A stretch of DNA of 62,745 nt, filler included. It is 9 parts of 9 records of this genome, joined end to end, with 100 filler letters (N's around TTAATTAATTAA, not from the genome) between each part and the next. Parts side by side here need not be neighbours in the genome. Positions count along the whole stretch, not along the records: positions 51,065 to 56,311 come from DRR723986_32633; positions 56,412 to 62,745 come from DRR723986_32925; 7 more parts are not named here. One strand, 5' to 3'. Shown here one piece after another: positions 51,254 through 61,268 of this stretch. A program made the position numbers and the translations under genes. Numbering within the stretch: position 1 is the first letter of the stretch; every line of letters begins with the position of its first letter. Below the pieces are notes generated by a model. The model had not been told where the DNA came from. It ran no database searches and saw only the letters and a program-made list of their open reading frames with translations.

Positions 51254-52228
51254 TCAAGGCGTCACGATCACCTTGCCCTGCACCCGGCGCGCAGCGATTT
51301 CCTCAAGCGCGGTTGCCGTTTCTTCCAACTTGTAAACGCCGTGGATGTGCGGCTTCAGCTTGCCTTCAGACACCCAGGTCAAAAGTTCCTTCATGTTGCG
51401 GCGATGGCCTTCCGGATCCCGGTCGAGTGCTGCGCCCCAGAAGACACCGCGAATGTCGCAACCTTTCAGCATCACGATATTCAGCGGAATTTTCGGAATG
51501 TCGCCCGCGGCAAACCCGATCACCAGGAACCGCCCCTCCCAGGCGGTTGCCCGGATGGCCTGTTCCGACAGCTCTCCGCCAACCGGGTCGTAGACCACAT
51601 CCACACCCTTTCCACCGGTCAGCTCCTTCAGGGTTTCCTTGAGCGGCTCAACCGAATAATCGACCGTCATGTCAGCGCCGAGCGAGCGGGCAAAAGCAAG
51701 CTTTTCCTCAGATGAGGCGCAGGCAATCACCTTTGCCCCCATGATCGCGGCAATTTCCACTGCAGCCTGGCCGACACCGCCCGATGCGCCCAGAACGGCA
51801 ACAGTCTCGCCGGGCTTCAACCCGGCCCGGTCGCGATAGGCATGCAGCGTGGTGCCGTAGGTCACGGTCAAACCTGCCGCGACTTCAAAGGGAATATCGT
51901 CCGGCAGCGAGACAAGATCGCCTGCTGCGACCACCACTTTTTCCCGCGCAGCCCCCCAGCGCATGTAGCCCATGACCCTGTCGCCGGGCGAAACCCCTTC
52001 GACGCCGGAGCCCACCTGATCGACCACACCGGCGAATTCGGCACTCGGCGAAAACGGCATTTCCGGCTTGTACTGGTACTTGCCCCTGATGATCAGCGTA
52101 TCGAAGAAATTGAGCGCACAGGCCTTCACCCGCACCACGACCTCCCCCGGCCCGGCAACCGGATCGGCAATCTCCTCGACAACCAGGCTGGAAGGCGGAC
52201 CGAAGGTTTTGCAGAGACAGGCTTTCAC
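51254..52228 (-). CDS. NADPH:quinone oxidoreductase family (MDR)
   Basis: GTG start with GAGG RBS; LGASGGVG, GVDVVYDPVGG, IGFAAG, GKVIV. Confidence 0.93.
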   Translation of the reverse strand: MKACLCKTFGPPSSLVVEEIADPVAGPGEVVVRVKACALNFFDTLIIRGKYQYKPEMPFSPSAEFAGVVDQVGSGVEGVSPGDRVMGYMRWGAAREKVVVAAGDLVSLPDDIPFEVAAGLTVTYGTTLHAYRDRAGLKPGETVAVLGASGGVGQAAVEIAAIMGAKVIACASSEEKLAFARSLGADMTVDYSVEPLKETLKELTGGKGVDVVYDPVGGELSEQAIRATAWEGRFLVIGFAAGDIPKIPLNIVMLKGCDIRGVFWGAALDRDPEGHRRNMKELLTWVSEGKLKPHIHGVYKLEETATALEEIAARRVQGKVIVTP

Positions 52229-52392
52229 GGCATCCTCATGACATTCTACGGGTAAAGCGCCGCTCACGCTGCGCCGGGTGAGACGTTAGCAAGCCCTGTT
52301 CGAGGCGGGAATTGGCTTTCCGGATAAGCTGAAAACTTTCGGCCATGGCGAAAGTCGGCTATGAGGCAGCCAAATCGAAAACGGACAAACTG

Positions 52393-52938
52393 ATGCGCGG
52401 ATATTTTGCAATCGGGGCCGAAGGCCTCTCGAAACGGATGAACCTGGGCACCTTGATGCGCTCTGCCCATGCCTTCGGCGCCAACTTCTTCTTCACGGTG
52501 GATGCCGACCAGAAGCTGCGCAAGGCGCCCCCCTCCGACACTTCCAAGAGCCCCGGCCACCTGCCTGTCTTCACCTGGGACAGCGTAGACACGATGGACC
52601 TGCCCAGAGGCTGCCAGCTTGTGGGCATCGAGCTCACGGACGAATCGATCGAGCTGCCGAGCTTCGGACATCCCCTTCAGGCGGCCTACGTTCTTGGTCC
52701 TGAAAGAGGCTCGCTTTCACCGCAGATGCTGGCGCGCTGCGACCACGTGGTGAAGATCCCGACTAAGTTCTGCATCAATGTGGCCATGGCCGGCGCGATC
52801 GTCATGTACGACCGTCACAGGGCGCTGGGTCGCTACGCGGACCGCTCGACCACGGCCGGCGCTCCCAGGATCGAACGTCCGAAACATGTCAGCGGCGGTC
52901 CGGTGATGCGCACGGGACGGAAAGTGCCGGGAACCTGA
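52393..52938 (+). CDS. TrmH/SpoU family RNA methyltransferase
   Basis: NLGTLMRSA, VLGPERGSL, INVAMAGAIVMY. Confidence 0.9.
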   Translation: MRGYFAIGAEGLSKRMNLGTLMRSAHAFGANFFFTVDADQKLRKAPPSDTSKSPGHLPVFTWDSVDTMDLPRGCQLVGIELTDESIELPSFGHPLQAAYVLGPERGSLSPQMLARCDHVVKIPTKFCINVAMAGAIVMYDRHRALGRYADRSTTAGAPRIERPKHVSGGPVMRTGRKVPGT

Positions 52939-52999
52939 ATGAGTTGTGCCTGAACTTCAGGCCACCAGAATTTTGGGTGCCTCTTGCCCGGGCCCCCGA

Positions 53000-53572
53000 T
53001 TAGTCCACATCCACGGACGTGTCGGTTTCCAGAAGCTGGCGCAAACGTCCGAAGGCAAGCCGGATACGGGATTTGACCGTACCAAGCGGCAAACCCGTGT
53101 GTTCGGCGATCTCGCTGTGCGACTGTCCTGCAAAAAAAGCCAGCCGAACCACATTCCGCTGCTCTTCAGGCAACTGCGACAAAGCAGCACGCACGCGTTT
53201 TTCCCGCAGCTTCGCATCCATCTCTTCGGCAATGTCCGGCAAGGGCGTCGGGTGCAGAGACGGATCTTCGGGGTCGAGCGCGGCAGACTTCTGGCGGCGG
53301 ATCCTGTCGATACGCCGGTTCCGGGCAACCCGGAACAGCCAGGTGCTGGCATTGGACTTTTTCGGATCGAACAAATCGGCCTTGCGCCACAGCGTCATCA
53401 TGACGTCCTGGGCGACTTCTTCGGCAAGGGCCTCATCGGCGCCCTGCTTCATCAGGTAGCCCTTCAGGCGCGGCGCAAAGTGATCGAACAGCTCGATGAA
53501 AGCCGCCTTGTCCCGGTCTTCCGCCACTTTGACAATGAGATCGGAAAAATACTGCACCTGCGTCAAAGACAA
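53000..53572 (-). CDS. ECF sigma factor (resembles Rhodobacter RpoE type)
   Basis: DKAAFIELFDHFAPRLK, LWRKA..FDP, STWLFRVARNRRID, PLGTVKSRIRLA. Confidence 0.92.
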   Translation of the reverse strand: MSLTQVQYFSDLIVKVAEDRDKAAFIELFDHFAPRLKGYLMKQGADEALAEEVAQDVMMTLWRKADLFDPKKSNASTWLFRVARNRRIDRIRRQKSAALDPEDPSLHPTPLPDIAEEMDAKLREKRVRAALSQLPEEQRNVVRLAFFAGQSHSEIAEHTGLPLGTVKSRIRLAFGRLRQLLETDTSVDVD

Positions 53573-53825
53573 TCAATCCCCCTGCCGATCCATCTTCTTT
53601 ATCAGGTTCGGCATAATTCGAAAGGGGGGTCAAGCAGGTCTGCCACACTGTTGCCGCGTTTAACCGCAAAGCGATTAGGTTGGTGCACGCACCGAAAAAC
53701 AGAAAATACAATTGTCGGGCTTCAACCCTTTCGTAACCCGCTTTAAGTTATCATTAAAGCAAGGTTTATATGTCAGACGGCAGTTGAACTAAATTTGACG
53801 GAAACTCAAATCCAACGGTGTGGAG

Positions 53826-54335
53826 ATGATGAAAGCAAAATCGCTGGTTCTGGCCATAGCAGGTCTTGCCGTTTCGAGTGCAGCGGCTTTCGCACAAACC
53901 CCGACACTTCTGAAGCAGCACAAGGACTGGGCGGCCTATGCGCTGACCAGTGGCGGCGGCAAGGTTTGCTACGCGCTTACCAAACCGACGACGTTGCTTC
54001 CGGGAGATCGAAATCACGGGGACGTATTCTTTTTCGTGACCACCCGCCCGGCGGAAGGCGTCTCGTCCGAGCCGAGCCTGCTGGTCGGTTATCCTTTCAA
54101 GGACAAATCCTCGGTCAGCGTAGACATTGACGGCAAGGGCTTCACGCTCTTCACCAACAATGACGGTGCCTGGGTCGAAAATGCTGCAACCGAAGCGCAA
54201 CTCGTTTCTGCCATGAGGGCAGGCCGGGAAATGACGGTGACCGGCGAATCCAGCCGCGGCACCCGCACCACCTACAAGTTCTCGCTGTCCGGCGTCACAG
54301 CCGCGATCGACGACTCCAACGCTGCCTGCCGCTAA
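53826..54335 (+). CDS. Invasion-associated locus B (IalB)-like periplasmic protein
   Basis: Signal peptide; DW...CYA, MRAG..MTV.G.S.RGT.T.Y.FSLSG.TAA; typical position upstream of rlmN. Confidence 0.8.
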   Translation: MMKAKSLVLAIAGLAVSSAAAFAQTPTLLKQHKDWAAYALTSGGGKVCYALTKPTTLLPGDRNHGDVFFFVTTRPAEGVSSEPSLLVGYPFKDKSSVSVDIDGKGFTLFTNNDGAWVENAATEAQLVSAMRAGREMTVTGESSRGTRTTYKFSLSGVTAAIDDSNAACR

Positions 54336-54639
54336 CGCGTTCAGGCAGCAGCTTCTCCGGCTTTCCCCTGCATCCGCAGGGCGAAAAGCCGAAGTCGGCC
54401 GGTGGTTTCCTTTCAGTCTCGACGTCACCCTGGATGGGCCAAACGGCCTATCCGGGTCGTTGTCGTTGCGTAAAAACAGCTCTGCATAGCTCCCCTGCAC
54501 GTCAGCAAACTTGATTTTCGGCGCTTTTTGTGGTTTTGGGAGCGCTTGAAATCAGACCTGCAAGTCAGGTGCCCGGCGACCGCGTAGTCTTGTTCCAAGA
54601 CGCCTGAAGACCCTGCCGGAAGAGATTACGGATCACGAC

Positions 54640-55857
54640 ATGGCAATTACGCTCGACATCGCGCGGGACAATCCGAACGCGCACACCGTTTCAGCCGAAG
54701 CCGTCCTGCCCGGCGAAGACAAGCCGACGCTGATCGGCCTGTCGCGCGAAGAGCTGGGTGAAGCGCTCGGCACCATCGATGTGCCGCAGAAGCAGTGGCG
54801 CATGCGTGCCTCCCAGCTCTGGCACTGGCTTTATGTGCGCGGCGTGTCCGACTTTGCGCATATGACGAATATCGCCAAGGACCTGCGTCAGAAGCTGGAC
54901 GAAGCCTTCACGATCGCCCGTCCGGAAATTGTGTCCGAGCAGATCTCCGTCGACGGTACCCGCAAGTGGCTGTTCCGCTTTCCCGCGCGCGGCGCCGGCC
55001 GCCCGGTCGAGGTTGAAACCGTCTATATTCCTGAAGAAGGCCGCGGCACGCTCTGCGTTTCTTCCCAGGTCGGCTGCACCCTCACCTGCACTTTCTGCCA
55101 CACAGGCACCCAGAAGATGGTCCGCAATCTGACGGCTGAAGAAATTCTGTCGCAGATCCTGATTGCGCGCGACCGGCTGGGCGATTTCCCGCATGCGGAC
55201 ACCCCGCAGGGCGCCATCGTGCCGTCCGAAGGCCGTCTGGTGACCAACATCGTCATGATGGGCATGGGTGAGCCCCTCTACAATTTCGACAACGTCAAGA
55301 AGGCGCTGCTGATCGCGTCCGATGGTGACGGCCTGTCCCTCTCCAAGCGCCGCATCACCCTGTCGACCTCCGGTGTCGTGCCGGAAATCTTCCGCACCGG
55401 TGAAGAAATCGGCTGCATGCTGGCCATTTCGCTTCACGCGGTTCGTGACGAGCTGCGCGACGTGCTGGTGCCGATCAACAAGAAATGGAACATCAAGGAA
55501 CTGCTGGACGCTTGCCGGCAGTATCCGGGCCTATCCAACGCCAAGCGCATCACCTTTGAATATGTGATGCTGAAGGGCGTCAACGACAGCAATCAGGACG
55601 CGCTTGAACTGGTCCGCCTGCTGAAGGGCATTCCGGCCAAGATCAACCTGATTCCCTTCAACCCGTGGCCGGGCACCGATTACGAATGCTCCGACTGGGA
55701 GCGGATCGAGGAATTTGCCGACATCGTCAACCGCGCCGGTTATGCCTCTCCCATCCGCACACCACGCGGCCGAGACATCTTCGCCGCCTGTGGCCAGCTG
55801 AAATCCGCTTCCGAGCGCATGCGAAAGAAGGACCGTGAGGCCCTGGCAGCCTCCTGA
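54640..55857 (+). CDS. rlmN: 23S rRNA (A2503-C2) methyltransferase RlmN
   Basis: [43 protein letters not shown]. Confidence 0.98.
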   Translation: MAITLDIARDNPNAHTVSAEAVLPGEDKPTLIGLSREELGEALGTIDVPQKQWRMRASQLWHWLYVRGVSDFAHMTNIAKDLRQKLDEAFTIARPEIVSEQISVDGTRKWLFRFPARGAGRPVEVETVYIPEEGRGTLCVSSQVGCTLTCTFCHTGTQKMVRNLTAEEILSQILIARDRLGDFPHADTPQGAIVPSEGRLVTNIVMMGMGEPLYNFDNVKKALLIASDGDGLSLSKRRITLSTSGVVPEIFRTGEEIGCMLAISLHAVRDELRDVLVPINKKWNIKELLDACRQYPGLSNAKRITFEYVMLKGVNDSNQDALELVRLLKGIPAKINLIPFNPWPGTDYECSDWERIEEFADIVNRAGYASPIRTPRGRDIFAACGQLKSASERMRKKDREALAAS

Positions 55858-55881
55858 GGCAACATCATCTGCTGAACGAAA

Positions 55882-55907
55882 AACGGCGGCTCACTGGAGC
55901 CGCCGTT
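55882..55907. terminator. Probable bidirectional terminator between rlmN and the convergent MCP gene
   Basis: AACGGCGGCTC-actg-GAGCCGCCGTT with flanking A/T runs. Confidence 0.75.
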
Positions 55908-55929
55908 CCTGTTTTCAGATCCTGATCCG

Positions 55930-56311
55930 TCAGGCTGCGGCGACTTCGCGCAGGAAGTCGTTTACGGCCGTATTCAGCGAACGCAGTTTCTCGGAGGCGA
56001 CCTGCGTCGCCTGATCCACCGACTGCGCCGAATTGGCCGTCGTTTCCACGGCAGTGCTGACATTCGACATGTTGTCGCTGGCCGCGCGTGTGCCCGAGGA
56101 AGCTTCCGAAGCACTGCGGCTGATCTCGCCGGTGGCCGCATCCTGTTCCTGAACGGCAGCGGCAATCGAGGTGGTGTTCTCGTTCGCCCGAACCATGATG
56201 GAAGCGATGCCTTCAATCGCGGTCACTGCCTGCTCGGTGGCAGACTGGATTTCCGCGATCTGGTTGGAAATTTCCTCGGTCGCCTTGGAGGTCTGGGTGG
56301 CCAGCTCCTTC
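55930..56311 (-). CDS. Methyl-accepting chemotaxis protein, C-terminal fragment
   Basis: KELATQTSKATEEI..QI, IAAAVQEQDAATGEISR. Confidence 0.9.
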
Positions 56312-56411
56312 NNNNNNNNNNNNNNNNNNNNNNNNNNNNNNNNNNNNNNNNNNNNTTAATTAATTAANNNNNNNNNNNNNNNNNNNNNNNNNNNNNNNNN
56401 NNNNNNNNNNN
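56312..56411. other. Artificial contig linker
   Basis: 44 N + TTAATTAATTAA + 44 N. Confidence 0.99.
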
Positions 56412-56412
56412 G

Positions 56413-56652
56413 ATCCGCTTTGGCCGCCGCAAGATGACGCCGGGACGGCCCGTCACCTATGTGGTGACGCAGCATTTCCTCGACCATTTCGGGTTGGAAA
56501 CCACCCGCGACCTGCCCGGCCTGAAGGAACTGCGCGAGGCGGGGCTGTTGGACAACCGCCCGCCCCCGGGAATGTTTCCCGGCCCCGACGATAGCGGCGA
56601 GGACGATGCGCTGGATCCGGCCCCCGGGCAGGAGGACATGTTCGGCCCGTGA
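56413..56652 (+). CDS. scpB: Chromosomal-type ScpB, C-terminal fragment
   Basis: IRFGRRKMTPGRPVTYVVTQHFLDHFGLETTRDLPGLKELREAGLL. Confidence 0.88.
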   Translation: MRFGRRKMTPGRPVTYVVTQHFLDHFGLETTRDLPGLKELREAGLLDNRPPPGMFPGPDDSGEDDALDPAPGQEDMFGP

Positions 56653-56724
56653 CGGCGCGATTGCCCCATTTCTGCCATGGAATCGTGCCAAGCTGGCCAA
56701 AACAAACAGATCAGAGGCAGACCC

Positions 56725-56922
56725 ATGGACCGTATCATCAACATGATCCTCAATCGAATTCTGCGCCGCGCGATCAATCGTGGCGTCGATGCCGGCGTGA
56801 ACGCGGCTTTCGGCAGCCGCGATGACGAGCAGATGACGCCCGATCAGCGGCAGGCCATTCAGCGCAATACGCAACGCGCTCGACAGATGACCCGCATGGC
56901 CAGCCGCGTCACCCGTCTCTGA
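56725..56922 (+). CDS. Small basic hypothetical protein
   Basis: GAGG RBS; MDRIINMILNRILRRAINRGVDAGV. Confidence 0.6.
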   Translation: MDRIINMILNRILRRAINRGVDAGVNAAFGSRDDEQMTPDQRQAIQRNTQRARQMTRMASRVTRL

Positions 56923-57017
56923 CCTATCACAATCGTTTAACCGGTGCATTGGTGCTGGCGCCCAAGGGCGCTGCGTGCCATTGTGCCGCCGCGACTTTCT
57001 AACAGGAGAGACCCCTC

Positions 57018-57758
57018 ATGCTCCGGCCAAATTTTTATCTATCCATTGCCCTTCTGTCTCTGATTTCCCTTCCTGCCGCCGCTCAGCAGCAACCCACGCC
57101 CGAGGAACTGGCCATTCGCGCCGCGTCCCCCGGCGTGATCGTCAACGAAGAAACCGGCGAATATACCGCGATCGAGCTTGAACTTCAGGGCTGCCGGATC
57201 GTGCAGACCCTGATGACCAACCAGGGCCACACAATGGGCGGCCCCGTGGGCGTTCAGGTGCTGCGTATGGACCTGCGCGACCTTGATCCGCTGACTGGCA
57301 TTCTGCCCGCCGAAGACACGGTGAACGGCCACACCCGCGTGATGTTGATGCCGTCGCAATCCGCTTGGGAAGCGATCCAGACAGCCGGTGGCATCTTCTC
57401 GGACATGCGTACTGCCGCCGCCGAACAGGGCGATCAGGAAAACCCCGACGCGATCAACGGTGCGCGAACCCTGCGCACCCGCGCGCAGCGCATGTTCTCG
57501 GCCGATGCGGTGCTTGGCGCTTTCGGTCCGATCATGGCCCGCACCCATGTGCTGCAAATGCGCGGTGACCGGGGAGAACTGATCTACCCGCTGGTCGCCC
57601 CGATGCAGATCACGCTGGACCCCGAGGTTGCCGATACGGCGCTGGCCGCGATCAACGACCTGCGCGCCGGTCCCTGTGCGCCGGAAGACGGCATCTCCGC
57701 CGAACCGGAACCGCAACCGGAAGAGGATGCATCCGAGGGTGGCGAAGCCACTGAATAG
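57018..57758 (+). CDS. Secreted hypothetical protein
   Basis: AGGAGA RBS, signal peptide AAA-QQ, acidic tail. Confidence 0.7.
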   Translation: MLRPNFYLSIALLSLISLPAAAQQQPTPEELAIRAASPGVIVNEETGEYTAIELELQGCRIVQTLMTNQGHTMGGPVGVQVLRMDLRDLDPLTGILPAEDTVNGHTRVMLMPSQSAWEAIQTAGGIFSDMRTAAAEQGDQENPDAINGARTLRTRAQRMFSADAVLGAFGPIMARTHVLQMRGDRGELIYPLVAPMQITLDPEVADTALAAINDLRAGPCAPEDGISAEPEPQPEEDASEGGEATE

Positions 57759-57834
57759 CTAAGAAATCCCTTGCGTCGGGGCTATGTTCCGGCGCAACTT
57801 TTCCGGGTTTTATGACGGAAAAGGTTTTTTGGCG

Positions 57835-58431
57835 ATGCTTCGTTTTGCTCTGTTTACCTGTGCCATGGCGCTGGCAAGCCCTGCCGCGGCTTTCCCGCGC
57901 GTCTATTTTTTCTGCATGACCGACGTGCATGCCCCGCCGTTCATCCGGGTGGGGCCGATGTCCCCCAATCAGACCGAAGCGCGGTTTCTCTATCCACCTG
58001 ATCATGTGGGCGTTCAGCGCGGGCCTGACATGCTCTGGATCGGTGAAAATGGCGCGGGTGAGATCCGCTATCACACAGGTGATCTGTCGCTGAACCTCGC
58101 GGCCGAGGATACGACCTTGCAGGTTGATGACGCGATAATCTCCTGTACGCAGCTTGAACTTCCCCAGGACCACCCGCGCGGGACGTTTCCGGCGCTGGCC
58201 CGCTCAACCGGTGGGGTGATGCGGGCCGGCCCGGGCGAAGATCAGCACACGCTTGGCCACATCGCGGCGGATGAAACGCTTTTTCTTGTGTCCCGGACCG
58301 AAGGACTGACAGCCGGGTTTCCATGGTTTGAACTCTACAGCACCGACGGAACGCAAGGATATGTGTGGGGCGGCAACCTTTGCCCCGGATTTGAACCGCT
58401 GGAGGGTGTACAGCCCTCTTGCACCCCCTGA
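57835..58431 (+). CDS. Secreted protein with C-terminal bacterial SH3-like domain
   Basis: Signal peptide; ARSTGGVMRAGPG...FPWFEL...GYVWGGNLC; paralog of the next gene. Confidence 0.7.
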   Translation: MLRFALFTCAMALASPAAAFPRVYFFCMTDVHAPPFIRVGPMSPNQTEARFLYPPDHVGVQRGPDMLWIGENGAGEIRYHTGDLSLNLAAEDTTLQVDDAIISCTQLELPQDHPRGTFPALARSTGGVMRAGPGEDQHTLGHIAADETLFLVSRTEGLTAGFPWFELYSTDGTQGYVWGGNLCPGFEPLEGVQPSCTP

Positions 58432-58451
58432 ACGGAAAGGAGCTTTCTTTA

Positions 58452-59036
58452 ATGCGTCTGATTTCTCTTGCAGCGGCGCTGCTGCTGGCCGGAACCGTGG
58501 CCGCACAGGCCACAACGGAAGAATATTTTGACTGCGGCCCGCTTGGCGATGGCAGTTATCTGGTCAGCATCGACCCAGCCGCGCCCGATCAGGCCGAGGC
58601 CATCTTCACCATGGGCATGGATTCCGGCGGAGGTGCAACCGGTCCGGCCACACTGCTGACAGCGGCCCCCACCGGATCCGGGTTTCGCTATGTTGGTCCC
58701 AATATGGAACTGCGCGGGCAGGGCAACTTTGCCGAACTACAGGTCGAGGACATGATGCTGGTGTGCCGGATCGTCAGCGCCGGTGGTGGCACCTTCCCCG
58801 TGCAGGCGCGGTCCTGGGGCGGCATTGTGCGCGTGGGGCCGGGCATGGAATATGACCGTATCGGCAGCTTCGCGGAGGGCGAAGACCTGCTGGTCGTCGC
58901 CAATACCGGCGTGATGATGAACGGTTTCCCCTGGTTCGAAGTGCGCGATATGTCGGGCGCTGGCGGCTTCCATTGGGGCGGAATCATCTGCTGGACCACG
59001 GTGCCCGTGGACGGTGTGTTCCAGTCTTGCCCCTGA
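58452..59036 (+). CDS. Secreted MliC-like + SH3-like protein
   Basis: Signal peptide; TGSGFRY...LRGQG..A.L...C resembles the MliC SGxRY motif; ARSWGGIVRVGPG...FPWFEV...HWGGIIC. Confidence 0.65.
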   Translation: MRLISLAAALLLAGTVAAQATTEEYFDCGPLGDGSYLVSIDPAAPDQAEAIFTMGMDSGGGATGPATLLTAAPTGSGFRYVGPNMELRGQGNFAELQVEDMMLVCRIVSAGGGTFPVQARSWGGIVRVGPGMEYDRIGSFAEGEDLLVVANTGVMMNGFPWFEVRDMSGAGGFHWGGIICWTTVPVDGVFQSCP

Positions 59037-59053
59037 GGCGGGAAAAGGGGGGG

Positions 59054-59074
59054 CGCGGCCCTGATCGGGCCGCG
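59054..59074. terminator. GC hairpin between convergent genes
   Basis: CGCGGCCC-tgatc-GGGCCGCG. Confidence 0.5.
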
Positions 59075-59079
59075 ATCCT

Positions 59080-59502
59080 TCAGTTGCCGAAGCGGGTGCT
59101 GAATTCCTGCATCAACCCGCCCCATGCCTGGAAAGCCGCAGCCGGATCGGCGGCAGAGGCATTGAGCGTCAGCACCAGCCAGCCATCGCCGCCGACGCTT
59201 ACGCTGCCACCAAGCCCGGCGGCCTGCCAATCGGCAGCGGCATCGCCCCCGGCGGGCGGCGGGGCCACGGCCTGAAAGCTGAGCGTGCTGCAATTGCTGC
59301 CACTGCTGCTGCAATCGGGGCCAGAGGCCATGGCGACATAGCTTGCAGTCCCGGCTTCGCCGAAGATGGTCAGGCTGCCACCTGCATCCTCCATCCGCGC
59401 GGGACCAAGCAGCATCGCCTGGCTCAGCAGATCCCCCGGCACGGTCTGTGCCGACAGCGGCGTTGCCAGCAGGGCCAGCCCCACGATCCAAAAGCGTTTC
59501 AT
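59080..59502 (-). CDS. Secreted protein, diverged YbjN-like paralog
   Basis: Signal peptide; C..C..LSFQA and terminal F..W...M.EF pattern shared with the neighbouring gene. Confidence 0.55.
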   Translation of the reverse strand: MKRFWIVGLALLATPLSAQTVPGDLLSQAMLLGPARMEDAGGSLTIFGEAGTASYVAMASGPDCSSSGSNCSTLSFQAVAPPPAGGDAAADWQAAGLGGSVSVGGDGWLVLTLNASAADPAAAFQAWGGLMQEFSTRFGN

Positions 59503-59528
59503 GTCTGCTCTCCCTTTGTCAGCGGGTG

Positions 59529-59978
59529 TCATTGCATCAGGTGATTGTTGAATTCTGCCAAAGTCAGCCGCCAGATATCGAAACTGTCAGCAAAATTCTG
59601 CCGCGAGATGCCGAAGTCGATATTGACGCTCCAATGCAGGATCACACTGCCGCTGCGGGCCACATAGGCCGCGCCAAAGCGCTGGTCCTCGTTCCACTGG
59701 TTCAAAAGCGTCAGGCCGTTGCGTTGCGTTGTGAAGGTCGCGAAGAACTGAAGGGAATCGCAGGCCCCGTCCTCGCAGCCATACATCAGGATGCCGTAGT
59801 TGTTGCCTTCGATAGTGCCGGTCATCATCGGCTGGCCGTTGTTCGAGGCCTCCATCTGGGCCGAGCCAAAGCTTTGGGCCACACTGACGATATCCTGGGG
59901 GGTGTTGCCCAACATCTGGGCATGCGCCGGGGCGGCAAGCGATAGGGCAATGGCGGTAGCGGCGAAAACGCGTCTCAT
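59529..59978 (-). CDS. Secreted YbjN-domain protein
   Basis: Signal peptide; YGILMYGC...CDSLQF, NQWNEDQRFG.AY, NF..SFDIW. Confidence 0.75.
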   Translation of the reverse strand: MRRVFAATAIALSLAAPAHAQMLGNTPQDIVSVAQSFGSAQMEASNNGQPMMTGTIEGNNYGILMYGCEDGACDSLQFFATFTTQRNGLTLLNQWNEDQRFGAAYVARSGSVILHWSVNIDFGISRQNFADSFDIWRLTLAEFNNHLMQ

Positions 59979-60152
59979 GGGCAATCCTCTGGTCAAGACG
60001 TCAAACATAATGCCCCAAGGGTAGGCCCGAGCCCGGCGGCTGTCAAAGCAAAGCGCCGTGAAGGGTGCCCGCCCGGCATGTCCGCACTGACCGGATTCGG
60101 TGAAAAGGGCGCGTCGTGATAGGTTTGGACCCATTGCAGATGGAGGTTCTTC

Positions 60153-60893
60153 ATGTCCCGTGCGTTTCCAAAGCCCTTAGTGACCCTGTGCGCGGCATTG
60201 TTTCTTTGCATGGCATTTACGATCTCAGCACAGGCACAGACCGCGACGCTGATCGTGACGAATTCCACCAACGCCACCTTGCGGTTTGAATTTGAGCGCA
60301 CGCTCAGCCCGCCGTCGTTGGTGACAGCCACAATTCCTCCGGGGGAAACCCACACGCTTCAGGTGCCATCCGGGGCGGTCAGCCTGCTGGTGGAAGCGCC
60401 TTTTGCATCTCAGGATGCCTTCTATCAGGATCAGGACGTGCTGGAGCGTGGCGGGCGGTACGAACTGGCCATTCATGCAGAGCTTTTCGGCATGTCCCGC
60501 CTGACCGACGACATGCGCCCGGCGGAAAACAGCATCACCCCCGAACGGATCTATGCGGCCTGTGCGGCGATGTCGTCCTCGGGGCAGGTCTGGATCCTCT
60601 ATAACCCGGCGATGACCACGTCCCGAACCGTCTATTTCGATGTGCCGGGCGGCTATCTGTGCAGTGAGGATGGCAGCAGCGTCTATGCACCGCGAGGCGA
60701 CACGTATCGCCACTACGCCTGCACCGAGTCGCATTCCGGCTGTGTGCGAGACGAAGGCTGGGACGGGCAGTGGACCGGAACGGACGAGGAATACACGCTG
60801 CGCTTCGAGGGCCGGGACCGGTTTGCGCGGGAACGGGATTTCGACTGGACGGTCAGCACGTCGTCCCCATGGCGCATGATCCAGCTGCTATAG
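60153..60893 (+). CDS. Secreted hypothetical protein
   Basis: GGAGG RBS, signal peptide AQA-Q; beta-rich N-terminal domain. Confidence 0.7.
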   Translation: MSRAFPKPLVTLCAALFLCMAFTISAQAQTATLIVTNSTNATLRFEFERTLSPPSLVTATIPPGETHTLQVPSGAVSLLVEAPFASQDAFYQDQDVLERGGRYELAIHAELFGMSRLTDDMRPAENSITPERIYAACAAMSSSGQVWILYNPAMTTSRTVYFDVPGGYLCSEDGSSVYAPRGDTYRHYACTESHSGCVRDEGWDGQWTGTDEEYTLRFEGRDRFARERDFDWTVSTSSPWRMIQLL

Positions 60894-60919
60894 AAAAAGG
60901 GCGCCCGAGGGCGCCCTTT
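60894..60919. terminator. Terminator, duplicate of the glnA terminator
   Basis: AAAAAGGGCGCCC-ga-GGGCGCCCTTT; near-identical to 62425-62452. Confidence 0.8.
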
Positions 60920-60939
60920 CAAATTCCGGTCCGCTGAGA

Positions 60940-61114
60940 TCAGCAGCTGTAGTACATCTTGTACTCGACCGGGGGCGGGCAGTGTTCGAAGGCGCAGACC
61001 TCTTCCCATTTCAGATCGGTGTCGCCCTCGATCTGGTCCGTGGTGACCACGTCGCCCTTGAGCAGGCGGTCGTGGTTGGCCTCTAGGCTTGCCAGCGCCC
61101 GGGCAGGGACGCGC
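60940..61114 (-). pseudogene. glnA: Decayed duplicate of the glnA 3' end
   Basis: [41 protein letters not shown] versus [41 protein letters not shown] at 62478 onward; 1-nt indel near 61100. Confidence 0.88.
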
Positions 61115-61268
61115 TTGGCCTGCCGGTCTTTCGTGGCACCCAAGATATCGCCTTGAGCGTTGGCATCGGGATTTTTTTGCAAGATCACGGCATTGGTGTA
61201 GCGTCGAGGCCAAGGTTGCAGACACGCGTCGACAAGCGGTCCGGCCCAACAAACCTTCGGAGGGACAA

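Noticed and set aside
49645-56652. Two scpB genes as a local duplication, or a Wadjet/MksBEF system
   Set aside because: Separate contigs and clearly different subtypes; no SMC-like ATPase, kleisin or JetD gene visible.
60940-61188. 82-aa ORF as a functional small protein
   Set aside because: Only the 3' part is glnA-derived and it is degenerate; the 5' part is unrelated sequence joined in frame.
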